A DNA stretch of 64,000 bases from a virus (IMGVR_UViG_3300031555_004524:184150-248149), one strand, 5' to 3'; numbered from the stretch's first letter, positions 37,527 to 46,840 are shown. The notes: a model not told the origin generated them from the letters alone. A program made the numbers and translations.

Positions 37527-39773
37527 ATGAGTAATATTATTTTAGAGCAACTAGCTTCAGATGAAGATTTAATTTTAACTGCAGAGCAATTAAAAAAATC
37601 TTTGAGATTATTGAGAGATGATGGATTTTGTAAAAATATACTGCCAAGAGACATTGAATCTGATAATGGAGGATGGTCTTTTGCAGAATATATTATAAAT
37701 TCAGAAGATGATAAAATTGAAGTAGAAAAATATATTGAATACTGTAGAAGATTAATAGAATCTACAATATATAGAGGAGAATTATCACATAACGTGATTA
37801 ATAATAGATCTGGAATACTATATTTATTTCCAGAAAATACAAGATATTCTAATAATGATATGGAATATTATAAAAGTGTATTTGGTGTTAGAGAAAATGC
37901 TGAATATATAGAAGAGGAAAATAAATCAGAATATAAATATAATGCGATAAAAAATAAAGATGATATAAATGATTTTTACAAATATTCTAAAGAAATTCTT
38001 AACGATGAAAATATTATGGATGAAAAAGATATCCGTAAATATATAAAGAAAATATATTTTAAAAATACATTTATAGGATATATAGGACTTACAAATTGTG
38101 ATGGAAAGAAAACTTCTAAAAAATATCTAGGTGTGCGTAGTTTTATGATACTACCAGAATATCAAAGAATGGGTCATGGTGCAAACATTATTAACGATAT
38201 AGTAGGAAGAAATAAAACAAAATATGATGAAATATTTTGTTGGGTAGAAAAAAATAATATAGGTGCTATCAATTTTTATCAGAAAATTGGAGATGTTTGG
38301 TTGGATAAGCTTTTTAAAAACAGATTATATTATGTAGTGCTATATAAAAAATCCAATACAAATGTTTCAGAGAATTCTAATTTAACTAAATTCGCCTGGT
38401 ATCATGCTGAAATTAAACGTGATGGATTTAATCCGAAGAAAGCTGGCGGATGGGATGAAGAATTGTATAGTAAAGATATTGAATCTTGTATTCATAATGA
38501 TATAGAATATAACTATCATTTTAAAGGTAAAGATAAAACTGAAGCATATTTATATACAGCTGGAGAAGAATTATCCTCTGTATATCTTGGAAAAATTACT
38601 GTATATAGAACTGATAAAGGTGTTGATTGGGAATGGTCCGAACAAGAACCTATTGATAGTAAGACTGTAGATTATCTAAAAAATGAAGTACAGAAACAAT
38701 TATTAGAGAATGGTGATATTGAAGATGTAGAGGAATATGCTCCATCTAGTTTTATAAAACGTAGTTCAAAACCAGCTAAAAATCAGAAAGCCCATAAAAA
38801 CTATTTAAAAAGAAAATCTAGAGGAAAAACAAATAATGCTACCGATCAAAAAGTTATGCCTAAATTTAATCAAATTGGTGAAGAAGCATTAACCTCTAAA
38901 CAGAGAAATGGGTTAGATGATAATGATTTTGGAATTCCAGAATTGAGAAAATATCCTATTCATGATAAGAAACATGTAGAACAGGCAGTAAAAATGTTTA
39001 ATCATGTGGATAAAGAGTATGAGAAAATATTAGCAAAAAGATTATTAAAAGCTATGAGAAAATTTGGTGTATCTACTGATAGTATTGGAGAAAAGAATAG
39101 ATTGAGATCATATATTTCTGAAACTTTTATATATGAGGCTGGCAAATCAAAGAAACCTATTAAACCAATATTTATTGTGAACTCCTTTACCAATACACCG
39201 TTTGGTAAAGTTATTAGTACATATACGCATAATAAATATAGTCATAGTGCTATTTCATTCGATACCAGTTTAGAAACATTATATTCATTCAATGCAGATA
39301 ATCAATCGAATATATTTGGTGGAATTTCAGTAGAATCTATTTCTGGATATATTGATAAATACGAAAATTCATCTATACAAGTTAATTGTTTATTCGTAAA
39401 GGAATCTGATTACGAGATTATACGAGATGCTGTTAATACTATGATAGAAAATAAAACGTCTACAGCGTATGGCTATAATAATCTTATAAATATTCTTTTA
39501 AATAAGTCTAAAGAGATGGGTCAAAATGCAATGAGTATGGTTTGTTCACAATTTGTAAGTTATGTCTTAAGTAAAGCTGATATACACCTTACAGATAAAA
39601 CTTCAAATTTAGTTACACCTAAAGATTTATCTACTATAGTTAATCCTAAAGTATACAAAGTATATGAAGGATATGCTAGATTATATAATAAATCAGCAAT
39701 AGATAGAATGATGCGAAAAGTATCTAAAAATGCTACTGTTATAAAAGAATATTCAATTAGACTAGATGATTAA
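37527..39773 (+). CDS. Multidomain polyprotein: GNAT acetyltransferase + DUF6582-like + permuted papain-like (YiiX/NlpC-P60) amidase
   Basis: MILPEYQRMGHG...NIGAINFYQKIG (GNAT); LDDNDFGIPELRKYPIHDKKHV; YSHSAISFD...MVCSQFVSYVL (His-before-Cys permuted papain). The start is set at the ATG after GAAAGGAG. Confidence 0.75.
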   Translation: MSNIILEQLASDEDLILTAEQLKKSLRLLRDDGFCKNILPRDIESDNGGWSFAEYIINSEDDKIEVEKYIEYCRRLIESTIYRGELSHNVINNRSGILYLFPENTRYSNNDMEYYKSVFGVRENAEYIEEENKSEYKYNAIKNKDDINDFYKYSKEILNDENIMDEKDIRKYIKKIYFKNTFIGYIGLTNCDGKKTSKKYLGVRSFMILPEYQRMGHGANIINDIVGRNKTKYDEIFCWVEKNNIGAINFYQKIGDVWLDKLFKNRLYYVVLYKKSNTNVSENSNLTKFAWYHAEIKRDGFNPKKAGGWDEELYSKDIESCIHNDIEYNYHFKGKDKTEAYLYTAGEELSSVYLGKITVYRTDKGVDWEWSEQEPIDSKTVDYLKNEVQKQLLENGDIEDVEEYAPSSFIKRSSKPAKNQKAHKNYLKRKSRGKTNNATDQKVMPKFNQIGEEALTSKQRNGLDDNDFGIPELRKYPIHDKKHVEQAVKMFNHVDKEYEKILAKRLLKAMRKFGVSTDSIGEKNRLRSYISETFIYEAGKSKKPIKPIFIVNSFTNTPFGKVISTYTHNKYSHSAISFDTSLETLYSFNADNQSNIFGGISVESISGYIDKYENSSIQVNCLFVKESDYEIIRDAVNTMIENKTSTAYGYNNLINILLNKSKEMGQNAMSMVCSQFVSYVLSKADIHLTDKTSNLVTPKDLSTIVNPKVYKVYEGYARLYNKSAIDRMMRKVSKNATVIKEYSIRLDD

Positions 39774-39790
39774 TTTCATCTAGTCTTTTA
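39758..39790 (+). terminator. Terminator
   Basis: AGACTAGATGA-TTAATT-TCATCTAGTCT followed by a T tract. Confidence 0.7.
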
Positions 39791-39816
39791 TTTTTTGTCA
39801 TATAGCTATATAGGTA

Positions 39817-39828
39817 AACATTAAAATA
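39817..39828 (+). promoter_or_regulatory. Late-type promoter AACA-N6-TA
   Basis: AACA TTAAAA TA. Confidence 0.65.
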
Positions 39829-39852
39829 AGACATCAAATATAAACAGAAAGG

Positions 39853-40173
39853 ATGACCAACATGACAAATCCTAATAATTTAGTGCAAGTTCAAGGCGTT
39901 AAACGCATTACTGAAATGGGCACTTATCCATCAAGTTTATCTGGAAATGAAGAAATTCTTATTGATAGTGGAGATTTTACATATAAAATTACAGTAGATT
40001 CTTTGTTAGGTTATATTGTAGATAAAATTGCAGGACCTGCTCCTAATATACTTTCAAATACATTGCCGCGAAAAGGAATTATTTTAGAAGGTACTGTAGA
40101 TGGAGCCTCTAGGTTATTTAGATTATTTATTAATAATGAAGGAAATTTATCATTTGAAAGTATTGATGAATAA
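39853..40173 (+). CDS. Small virion protein with tail-fibre-type N-terminal module
   Basis: KRITEM...LSGNEEILIDSGDFTYKITVDSLL resembles the N-termini of the 17077/20394/22227/23497 proteins. Confidence 0.55.
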   Translation: MTNMTNPNNLVQVQGVKRITEMGTYPSSLSGNEEILIDSGDFTYKITVDSLLGYIVDKIAGPAPNILSNTLPRKGIILEGTVDGASRLFRLFINNEGNLSFESIDE

Positions 40174-40219
40174 TACAAATGCTGAAAATGCATAAAAAAT
40201 AATCTGAAAAGGGTGATCA

Positions 40220-40489
40220 TTGTTGCGAACTGTATATTCTAAGAAACACTACAAAATATATAGAGTCGTTGGAAATGATTATATAGTATATAATACTCGA
40301 AAAGAATTCAAAACTGGGCATACGCATATTCATAATTATAACACTGCTAAATATATATTGCATTTATCTCTCCACTCGTCAATACCAAAGAAACATATAA
40401 ATTTATATCTATTGCAGAGTATAATTAGAATAAGTACAAACAAAACATATGTGCAATCAATACAAAAACTAATAGACCAGTACCAATAA
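40220..40489 (+). CDS. Small basic hypothetical protein
   Basis: 89 aa; TTG start after AAGGGTG; YIVYNTRKEFKTGHTHI motif. Confidence 0.6.
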   Translation: MLRTVYSKKHYKIYRVVGNDYIVYNTRKEFKTGHTHIHNYNTAKYILHLSLHSSIPKKHINLYLLQSIIRISTNKTYVQSIQKLIDQYQ

Positions 40490-40503
40490 TATGGTACTGG
40501 TCT
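40474..40503 (+). terminator. Terminator hairpin
   Basis: AGACCAGTACCA-ATAATA-TGGTACTGGTCT. Confidence 0.6.
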
Positions 40504-40528
40504 AAGTTGTAATTTCATAAAATACTAA

Positions 40529-40547
40529 TTGTATATTATTATAGTGT
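40529..40547 (+). promoter_or_regulatory. Early-type promoter
   Basis: TTG TATATTAT TATAG TGT. Confidence 0.55.
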
Positions 40548-40651
40548 AGTAAGTACAATTGATATCGGCTAATATCGATTATACTTGTTATCCATTATCA
40601 TATTCTAAGCTGGCTACTAATGAATATGAAATATAATGGAAAGGAGGTCTG

Positions 40652-40723
40652 ATGGTTATGCCTACTGTGATTACAATGGGTCCATTTGATGAAGATAATA
40701 CTGTTATTATTGTAGAGGATTAG
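40652..40723 (+). CDS. Micro-ORF (21-23 aa) MVMPTVITMGPFDEDNTVIIVED
   Basis: Perfect AAGGAGG RBS at 40641-40647, inside a hairpin-rich early transcript. Confidence 0.45.
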   Translation: MVMPTVITMGPFDEDNTVIIVED

Positions 40724-40920
40724 AGTATTATCTCACACTTAACCAAAAGATCTTAATGATCTTACACTTAACCCTTGAATGAAGACTATTATATACGAAA
40801 GGAAAAAGAATGATGCGAAAAATTATTGAAAATTTTAACACTCATAACTTATGCACTTTAAGCAAAAGACGTATTCTACTTTCAAAAAATAATGGTATAA
40901 AAAATTCAACAACAAAAAGG

Positions 40921-40978
40921 GGAGCTAGAAGGGTTACTTCTAGCTCCTAACTTGTGGGGTGATCCCCCGTTATTTTTT
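40921..40978 (+). terminator. Tandem hairpins / terminator
   Basis: GGAGCTAGAAG-GGTTA-CTTCTAGCTCC, then GGGG-TGAT-CCCC and a T tract. Confidence 0.6.
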
Positions 40979-41477
40979 CCTCTTTTCGATATTAAGTTTT
41001 TGATTGTTTTTGTGTAAAATTGATTTGTATATATAATAGCTACTGTCCAAATTGCTATATTTGAGTGGGATTACTTCGAAAAATCGTTTAAACGTGACAA
41101 TATATTATATATAGCACTAACAATATTACATATTAACCAGTGGGCTTGTTATTTTTTATTTATATACGTTGATTCATTTACATATTTTAAATCGCACATA
41201 ATAAAATATACACTATAATTGAAGAATGAACGTATTGTATTATTTTTTTTATTTTATGCGATTTGACGGAAAAAATATGTATAATGCTACCTGAATCCAA
41301 ACTACATATAATACATAACTTATTAAATGTAAGAAACTAATATATCATTGATTGCTGTATATTATCTATGCAAAGTAACAGTTGATAAAAGAATATAAAT
41401 AATAATGATAAAAATACAATATATAGTTTTATTTATTTTTTTCATAAATAATAGACAATCAATTCGGGGTTAATATA

Positions 41478-42140
41478 TTATTTCTTTTTATGGTTGGAAT
41501 AATTTGATTGTGTGTTTTGATTCTTACCATAATGTTTGCCATGATGTTTATTATTACTATTATATGGTTTAGCTATGGCAGGCGTTGCCTGTGACTGTAC
41601 AGATACTGTAACATGCTCAACCTCGGGTAATTTTTCATCAGCCTCTAATGATACATATCCAGAAGTTACTATATCACTTTCAGTTTCTTCTTCAGATCCG
41701 TCTAATATTATAGTATCATCATGATCATCTTCTACTAATTCATCATCTGTATTGTTTTCTACTACATGGTTTGTTTCTGTTTCTACTGGAATATTACTAT
41801 CTTCAGTAGATAAAATATCATCTTTTATTGTATTATTTTCATCACTTACTGGAATCTGAATATCTTCTTTGTCTGGAATAATTGTTAGTGTTGGAGCTTC
41901 ATATGATTTTTTACTAACCTTCTTATCAAACATAGCTTCAGCTTCTTCATAATTATGAGAATAAATAGGAATCTCTACACCATCAACAATAGCATGAACT
42001 TCTCCTGAGGCCATACACCTCAGGAATTCACGTCGGTTAAGATTTTTAACCACAGTAGGTTCAATAATTTGTTTTCGGTTAGGGAGGATTCCGCTTATAT
42101 GTCTTTTATTTTTTGGATATATTTTGTAAATATGTTCCAT
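41478..42140 (-). CDS. Hypothetical protein with acidic middle and basic tail
   Basis: 220 aa; AAGGAGG RBS; part of a late operon. Confidence 0.65.
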   Translation of the reverse strand: MEHIYKIYPKNKRHISGILPNRKQIIEPTVVKNLNRREFLRCMASGEVHAIVDGVEIPIYSHNYEEAEAMFDKKVSKKSYEAPTLTIIPDKEDIQIPVSDENNTIKDDILSTEDSNIPVETETNHVVENNTDDELVEDDHDDTIILDGSEEETESDIVTSGYVSLEADEKLPEVEHVTVSVQSQATPAIAKPYNSNNKHHGKHYGKNQNTQSNYSNHKKK

Positions 42141-42164
42141 TATAGGTTCCTCCTTAAATATAAT

Positions 42165-42569
42165 TTATAATTCTTCGTAAAAATCATCATCGTCCATTAA
42201 TGCTTCGATATCTGGATCGATTTCCATATCATATTCTTCGATATCACTTTCATCGATTAATTCGTCTTCTTCCTCATCATCTATAAATATATCCATAACC
42301 TGATCTTCAACATCAATAAATTCACTACTCTCCATAGCAGCTTTTAAAAGCATTGAAGGTTCACCAGCAGGATTTGTAACGTCATCATTTGAAAGAATAT
42401 CCTCATATTCATCTTCAGTAATATCATCATCGATTTCTACTGGCACTCCAGCTCTTTCATCAGATTCATTAACTGAAACTTCCCATTCACTGACATTTTC
42501 ATCATCATATTCTTCATCTACAAGCATAACGATATCGCCAGCATCCATTCCATTATTAATCAAACTCAT
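42165..42569 (-). CDS. Extremely acidic protein
   Basis: 134 aa, dominated by D/E. Confidence 0.65.
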   Translation of the reverse strand: MSLINNGMDAGDIVMLVDEEYDDENVSEWEVSVNESDERAGVPVEIDDDITEDEYEDILSNDDVTNPAGEPSMLLKAAMESSEFIDVEDQVMDIFIDDEEEDELIDESDIEEYDMEIDPDIEALMDDDDFYEEL

Positions 42570-42762
42570 ATTCCATATCCTCCTCTGTTATTTTATCTGT
42601 ATCGTCATCTAATTCTTCATCTTCATCATGAAGAACAATTTGTTGTCCATCGAGTCTATCATCGATAGTTCCAATAATCATATCTTCATTCGTATCTGTG
42701 AATACACCATCCTCAGATATCATAATCATATCTTCAACCATTGCCTGATATAAAGGGTTCAT
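42556..42762 (-). CDS. Small acidic protein
   Basis: 68 aa; AAAGGAG RBS; late promoter at 42787-42798. Confidence 0.6.
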   Translation of the reverse strand: MNPLYQAMVEDMIMISEDGVFTDTNEDMIIGTIDDRLDGQQIVLHDEDEELDDDTDKITEEDMEYEFD

Positions 42763-42786
42763 GATATACTCTCCTTTCCAAAAATT

Positions 42787-42798
42787 TACCTATATGTT
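42787..42798 (-). promoter_or_regulatory. Late-type promoter AACA-N6-TA
   Basis: Minus strand AACA TATAGG TA. Confidence 0.7.
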
Positions 42799-42821
42799 CC
42801 GCTTATGATAAGTTATGCATT

Positions 42822-44042
42822 TTATTTTCTAACCATTAGTCCTTTGATTATGATATCAATGCAATAAATAATAAGAGGTAATGAGTAAAATAATGTTGTA
42901 TTGTTTTGATATTCTAAAAATTTAAGATTATCTATATCTTCATCTGAAATAGGAATTCCGTTTACATGTTTGATGATAATATTATATATAGAATTCTTAT
43001 CTCTTGAATCATAGATAATTTTATCCTCCATTCCAGTAAATAATTCTTCATTAAAACACGGTAATACTCCACTTAATTCGCCTTCTATTGGAAGGAAGTT
43101 AAAGTCTATTCTCCAATAATCTTCTGGACGATTATCAAATATTGTAACTGTATCATGAGAGATATATCTACCAATAGCATTGTGTTTATATTTTCTAATG
43201 TTTTTAAAATCTCCAATTTCAAAACATCTGAAAATTGATCTGTTATAATCTATAGAAAACGTGCTATCTACAGGATATTGGTGAGATAAATATATATAAT
43301 TATCTGAATCTTCTAATACTTTATTTTTCTTTAAGAATTCAATCATATATGGATCATAGAATCTTCTTGTATTAAACAAAAAAGAAAAAGATTGTATCCT
43401 ATCAGAATAAAATAATGAAATATAATGCTCTCTTAGATAACTATTTACATAATCTAATCTTTTTAACAATTCAAATTTTTCAGATCTTATTATTGGATTA
43501 TATGAAGTTCCAGTATTATCTATGAGCATTTGATATTCATCATTAATATTGGCTTTTAATGATTCTATTTCTATATTATCCAATTCATATGTGAGTTTAT
43601 ATAAGTTGGCACCATTTTCTAAAGTATCATGAGATACTCCAGTTACTCTAAATACCATATTATCTTTGAGATAATTTATAATAAAGTAATCTCCTTGATA
43701 TGGTATAATTGTATTAGGCAATACGATAGCCTCTCCAGTTATCTGTGATCCTTCAGCACCATATTCGCCATTTTCTACTTGAATTTGAATCTGTTCTATT
43801 CCATATACATAAAAATCTTTTATAAGATTATATTTAGTTGGACTATTACAACCATATGGCATTTGTTCTAATTTAGCTGCTTCATCTAAAGTAGATTTAT
43901 GAATATCTTTATTCAGATAAGTTACTATAGTAGCAGACTTAGTATTAAATAAATAATGAGGATTTTTTAATAAATCTTTCATACCTGCAACCAAACTGTT
44001 TACCGTATCAGTATGCTTCGTATTGACAAATTTTCCTGCCAT
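42822..44042 (-). CDS. Putative neck/head-closure virion protein
   Basis: 406 aa; late promoter; AIVLPNTIIPYQGDYF...FRVTGV resembles the gp14-type P..GD.. motif. Tentative. Confidence 0.45.
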   Translation of the reverse strand: MAGKFVNTKHTDTVNSLVAGMKDLLKNPHYLFNTKSATIVTYLNKDIHKSTLDEAAKLEQMPYGCNSPTKYNLIKDFYVYGIEQIQIQVENGEYGAEGSQITGEAIVLPNTIIPYQGDYFIINYLKDNMVFRVTGVSHDTLENGANLYKLTYELDNIEIESLKANINDEYQMLIDNTGTSYNPIIRSEKFELLKRLDYVNSYLREHYISLFYSDRIQSFSFLFNTRRFYDPYMIEFLKKNKVLEDSDNYIYLSHQYPVDSTFSIDYNRSIFRCFEIGDFKNIRKYKHNAIGRYISHDTVTIFDNRPEDYWRIDFNFLPIEGELSGVLPCFNEELFTGMEDKIIYDSRDKNSIYNIIIKHVNGIPISDEDIDNLKFLEYQNNTTLFYSLPLIIYCIDIIIKGLMVRK

Positions 44043-44069
44043 TTATTTATTCCTCCTAACTTCGATCTT

Positions 44070-44081
44070 TAATCTAATGTT
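44070..44081 (-). promoter_or_regulatory. Late-type promoter AACA-N6-TA
   Basis: Minus strand AACA TTAGAT TA. Confidence 0.7.
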
Positions 44082-44107
44082 TTCCTATTATCACTATATG
44101 AAAAAAT

Positions 44108-44139
44108 AGAGGGGTAGGATTTATCCTGCCCCCTCTTTT
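44108..44139 (-). terminator. Terminator
   Basis: AGAGGGGTAGGA-TTTA-TCCTGCCCCTCT with a flanking A-tract. Confidence 0.65.
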
Positions 44140-44140
44140 A

Positions 44141-44497
44141 TTATTTGCTATTTCTCCTTTCAATCATTTCTTTACATAATAAATGAATATCTAAAAGTTC
44201 ATCGCCTTCGATATCTTTAATAACGAATTTCCCATCATCTGTTATAGTTACTACATGAGTTAATTTATTTTCATCGTTATAATAAAAATAATCTGATTGA
44301 TATAATATTTCTATGTCATTTGTTTTTGAATAATATGTACGTTTATGAATCTTTTGTTGTGTATCATATACCTCTTCTACAAATAACTGCTTGTAATCAT
44401 ATCCAGACATTTTAACTCTATCTACTGGTTCATTAATAGAATAAGGTTCAGTTTTAACCCATTTCGCAATTACGCTATCTTCAATTTGTGTTATCAT
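44141..44497 (-). CDS. Hypothetical protein
   Basis: 118 aa; AGGAGG RBS; early-type promoter at 44537-44555. Confidence 0.65.
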   Translation of the reverse strand: MITQIEDSVIAKWVKTEPYSINEPVDRVKMSGYDYKQLFVEEVYDTQQKIHKRTYYSKTNDIEILYQSDYFYYNDENKLTHVVTITDDGKFVIKDIEGDELLDIHLLCKEMIERRNSK

Positions 44498-44536
44498 AGT
44501 TTTTTCCTCCTATTGTTGAAAATTGTATATTATATT

Positions 44537-44555
44537 TCACTATAATAATATACAA
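44537..44555 (-). promoter_or_regulatory. Early-type promoter
   Basis: Minus strand TTG TATATTAT TATAG TGA. Confidence 0.6.
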
Positions 44556-44605
44556 ACTATATATATGGAAATAACTTCTATTTGACAAAAAATAAAGAGA
44601 TAGCA

Positions 44606-45196
44606 TTAATCTGCTATCTCTTTATATTTATGGTATAATTGTACTATCTCAATGACCAGATTTTCTAAATCCTCCATATCCAATACAGCTGTGTATATAG
44701 AATCTTCGGATGGATCATACTCATCTTTGATAATGTCTAATTCAACTCTATGGGGAGTTCTTCTGCTTAACATTATTTGATAAAAGTTTTCATATGCTTT
44801 ATTATTGCATACTAATCTAGATACATCATCAAATATTTTAATCCATCCTCCTTTAAGTAATTCTACTTTAAGAGTATATAATTTACACTTTAACTTTAAT
44901 ATTTTTTCTATACTTATAAGAAAAGATACACTAGGTCCATAGTCTGGATATATTGAAATATCCACACTATCAGGAATCATCCTACAACCAGGCATATCTT
45001 TAGTCAAAATTTCAGCATAAGCATTGAAAAGCTTTCCAGCATACGCCATTTTTGTTGAAGATTTATCATGTTTTTTCATATTACATATACCCATTCTAAG
45101 ATTCGTTTTGTGCTCTTTGATCATATTTGTCACATCATCTCCATATACTGGACGTGTAGTAATTTTTTCATTCATATTATTAAGTGTTTCATTCAT
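44606..45196 (-). CDS. Hypothetical protein (paralog of 45215-45763)
   Basis: 196 aa; shares MNEKITT and IFD.V..L.CN with its neighbour. Confidence 0.65.
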   Translation of the reverse strand: MNETLNNMNEKITTRPVYGDDVTNMIKEHKTNLRMGICNMKKHDKSSTKMAYAGKLFNAYAEILTKDMPGCRMIPDSVDISIYPDYGPSVSFLISIEKILKLKCKLYTLKVELLKGGWIKIFDDVSRLVCNNKAYENFYQIMLSRRTPHRVELDIIKDEYDPSEDSIYTAVLDMEDLENLVIEIVQLYHKYKEIAD

Positions 45197-45214
45197 ATTA
45201 TTATTCTCCTGAAA

Positions 45215-45763
45215 TTAGTTTGATAATTCTTTATAATTATAATATTGATCTTTTGTTTTATTTATAAAAATCTTAAGATCATCAATATCTATAATAAAAT
45301 CTATTATTGGTGTTTCATCATAATCTTCATATCGTATACTGATTAAGCATGTTATAGGTGATCTAGCAAAACATTTAATTGTGTATTTGGAACAATCAGT
45401 TTGAATCAATCCATTACATAATACATTAGTAATATTATCAAATATTGTCACTGGCTTGCAATGATGTATATCAAATAATATTCTATTAAAATTCAAACTG
45501 CATATATCTTCTGGCAATATTATAAAATTTATATTCTCTATACTATCTATTTTTAAAGATATATCAATACAGTCGCTAGAATACCCATACAATTTTTCAG
45601 ATATATCCCTATCAATAATTACTGATTCGAAATTCATTTTCTTACCCGTAACTGAAATTCTAGTATATGGATTATATAATATATCGCATTCATAAAACAT
45701 ACTTCTTACATCTGTATCATTTATCGAATTTTTTGAATTATGTGTAGTAATTTTTTCATTCAT
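45215..45763 (-). CDS. Hypothetical protein (paralog of 44606-45196)
   Basis: 182 aa. Confidence 0.65.
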   Translation of the reverse strand: MNEKITTHNSKNSINDTDVRSMFYECDILYNPYTRISVTGKKMNFESVIIDRDISEKLYGYSSDCIDISLKIDSIENINFIILPEDICSLNFNRILFDIHHCKPVTIFDNITNVLCNGLIQTDCSKYTIKCFARSPITCLISIRYEDYDETPIIDFIIDIDDLKIFINKTKDQYYNYKELSN

Positions 45764-45775
45764 ATTAACACCCCT

Positions 45776-46840
45776 CTACATTAATCTATCTACAGATTCT
45801 TTTATTCTATTTAGAGATACACCAAAATCTTTTTCTCCAGTAAAACGATTATGATGTATATATAATGGATATCCAAATGGTGTTATATAATCAACAATAT
45901 CCCTCATAATATGATGACCAGAGGCATCATTATCTAAATATAAATGGATTTCCATATTTATTATTTTTAATTGAGATATAAAATATCGTATTGCTCCTTT
46001 ATACTGATTACCTTGAACAGCAATAAATATATTCTGAAACATATCTTTTCTAAGATTATACTTTATACTCAATATATCAAATGGTCCTTCTGCTATGTGT
46101 AATTTAACTGGCTGTGGTATAGACAAATCAACCATATTAGGTATAGCATAAAAACCTGTAGTATTATCCAAATCTTCAAATATATTATAATTTATATATC
46201 TTTTATTTATAGATTTAAATAATTCTTGATTTGGTAATTCTATATTTCTCATATTCAATCTTGAATTATCATATGATAAGAAACCTACAAAATTTGTGTC
46301 TAATTGTTCAACTACATTTGGATATCTTGTTAATTTCTCTATCATATTTTCTGATAATAAATCAATTAAATTCAATACAATTTTTGAATCTAAACAATCT
46401 TGATATGATAGATTAAGTCCTAATCTATCATTTATATATTTCAATTTATATTTAGTCAACTTATCGTCTCTTATCGCAGTATGCTTTAGAGAATATCTGA
46501 GATGACCATTTTTTGAATATGGGTTAATATGACTTCCGAATATAGTTTTATTATGCTGAGTTAATTCTATTGCTATTTCTGGTTCATATATATTCCATTC
46601 TTGTAATTTTGTATGTGTTACCATACCATGCGCACCACATTTCTTACAATGAAACATCGATACAGTTTGCGTGTCTTGTGGTACACTTATATAAAAATGT
46701 CCAGATTTTTGATCTTTGGAATCAGGACAATAAAAACAACGGCACTGAATCTCAGTGCCGCCACTAACAGATTTAGCCCAAGGTCGTATAGATCTTAGTA
46801 AATAATTTTTATAATTATTTCCATCCATAAGGATTACCAT
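45776..46840 (-). CDS. DNA primase (Zn-binding + TOPRIM, T4 gp61/DnaG-like)
   Basis: RCFYCPDS...FHCKKCG zinc domain; IAEGPFDILS and YLDND TOPRIM motifs; KDFG. Confidence 0.85.
   Translation of the reverse strand: MVILMDGNNYKNYLLRSIRPWAKSVSGGTEIQCRCFYCPDSKDQKSGHFYISVPQDTQTVSMFHCKKCGAHGMVTHTKLQEWNIYEPEIAIELTQHNKTIFGSHINPYSKNGHLRYSLKHTAIRDDKLTKYKLKYINDRLGLNLSYQDCLDSKIVLNLIDLLSENMIEKLTRYPNVVEQLDTNFVGFLSYDNSRLNMRNIELPNQELFKSINKRYINYNIFEDLDNTTGFYAIPNMVDLSIPQPVKLHIAEGPFDILSIKYNLRKDMFQNIFIAVQGNQYKGAIRYFISQLKIINMEIHLYLDNDASGHHIMRDIVDYITPFGYPLYIHHNRFTGEKDFGVSLNRIKESVDRLM

Noticed and set aside
40490-41477. tRNA genes in the long intergenic region
   Set aside because: No cloverleaf or T-loop GTTCRA pattern was found by eye. 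A tRNAscan-SE/Aragorn run would settle it.
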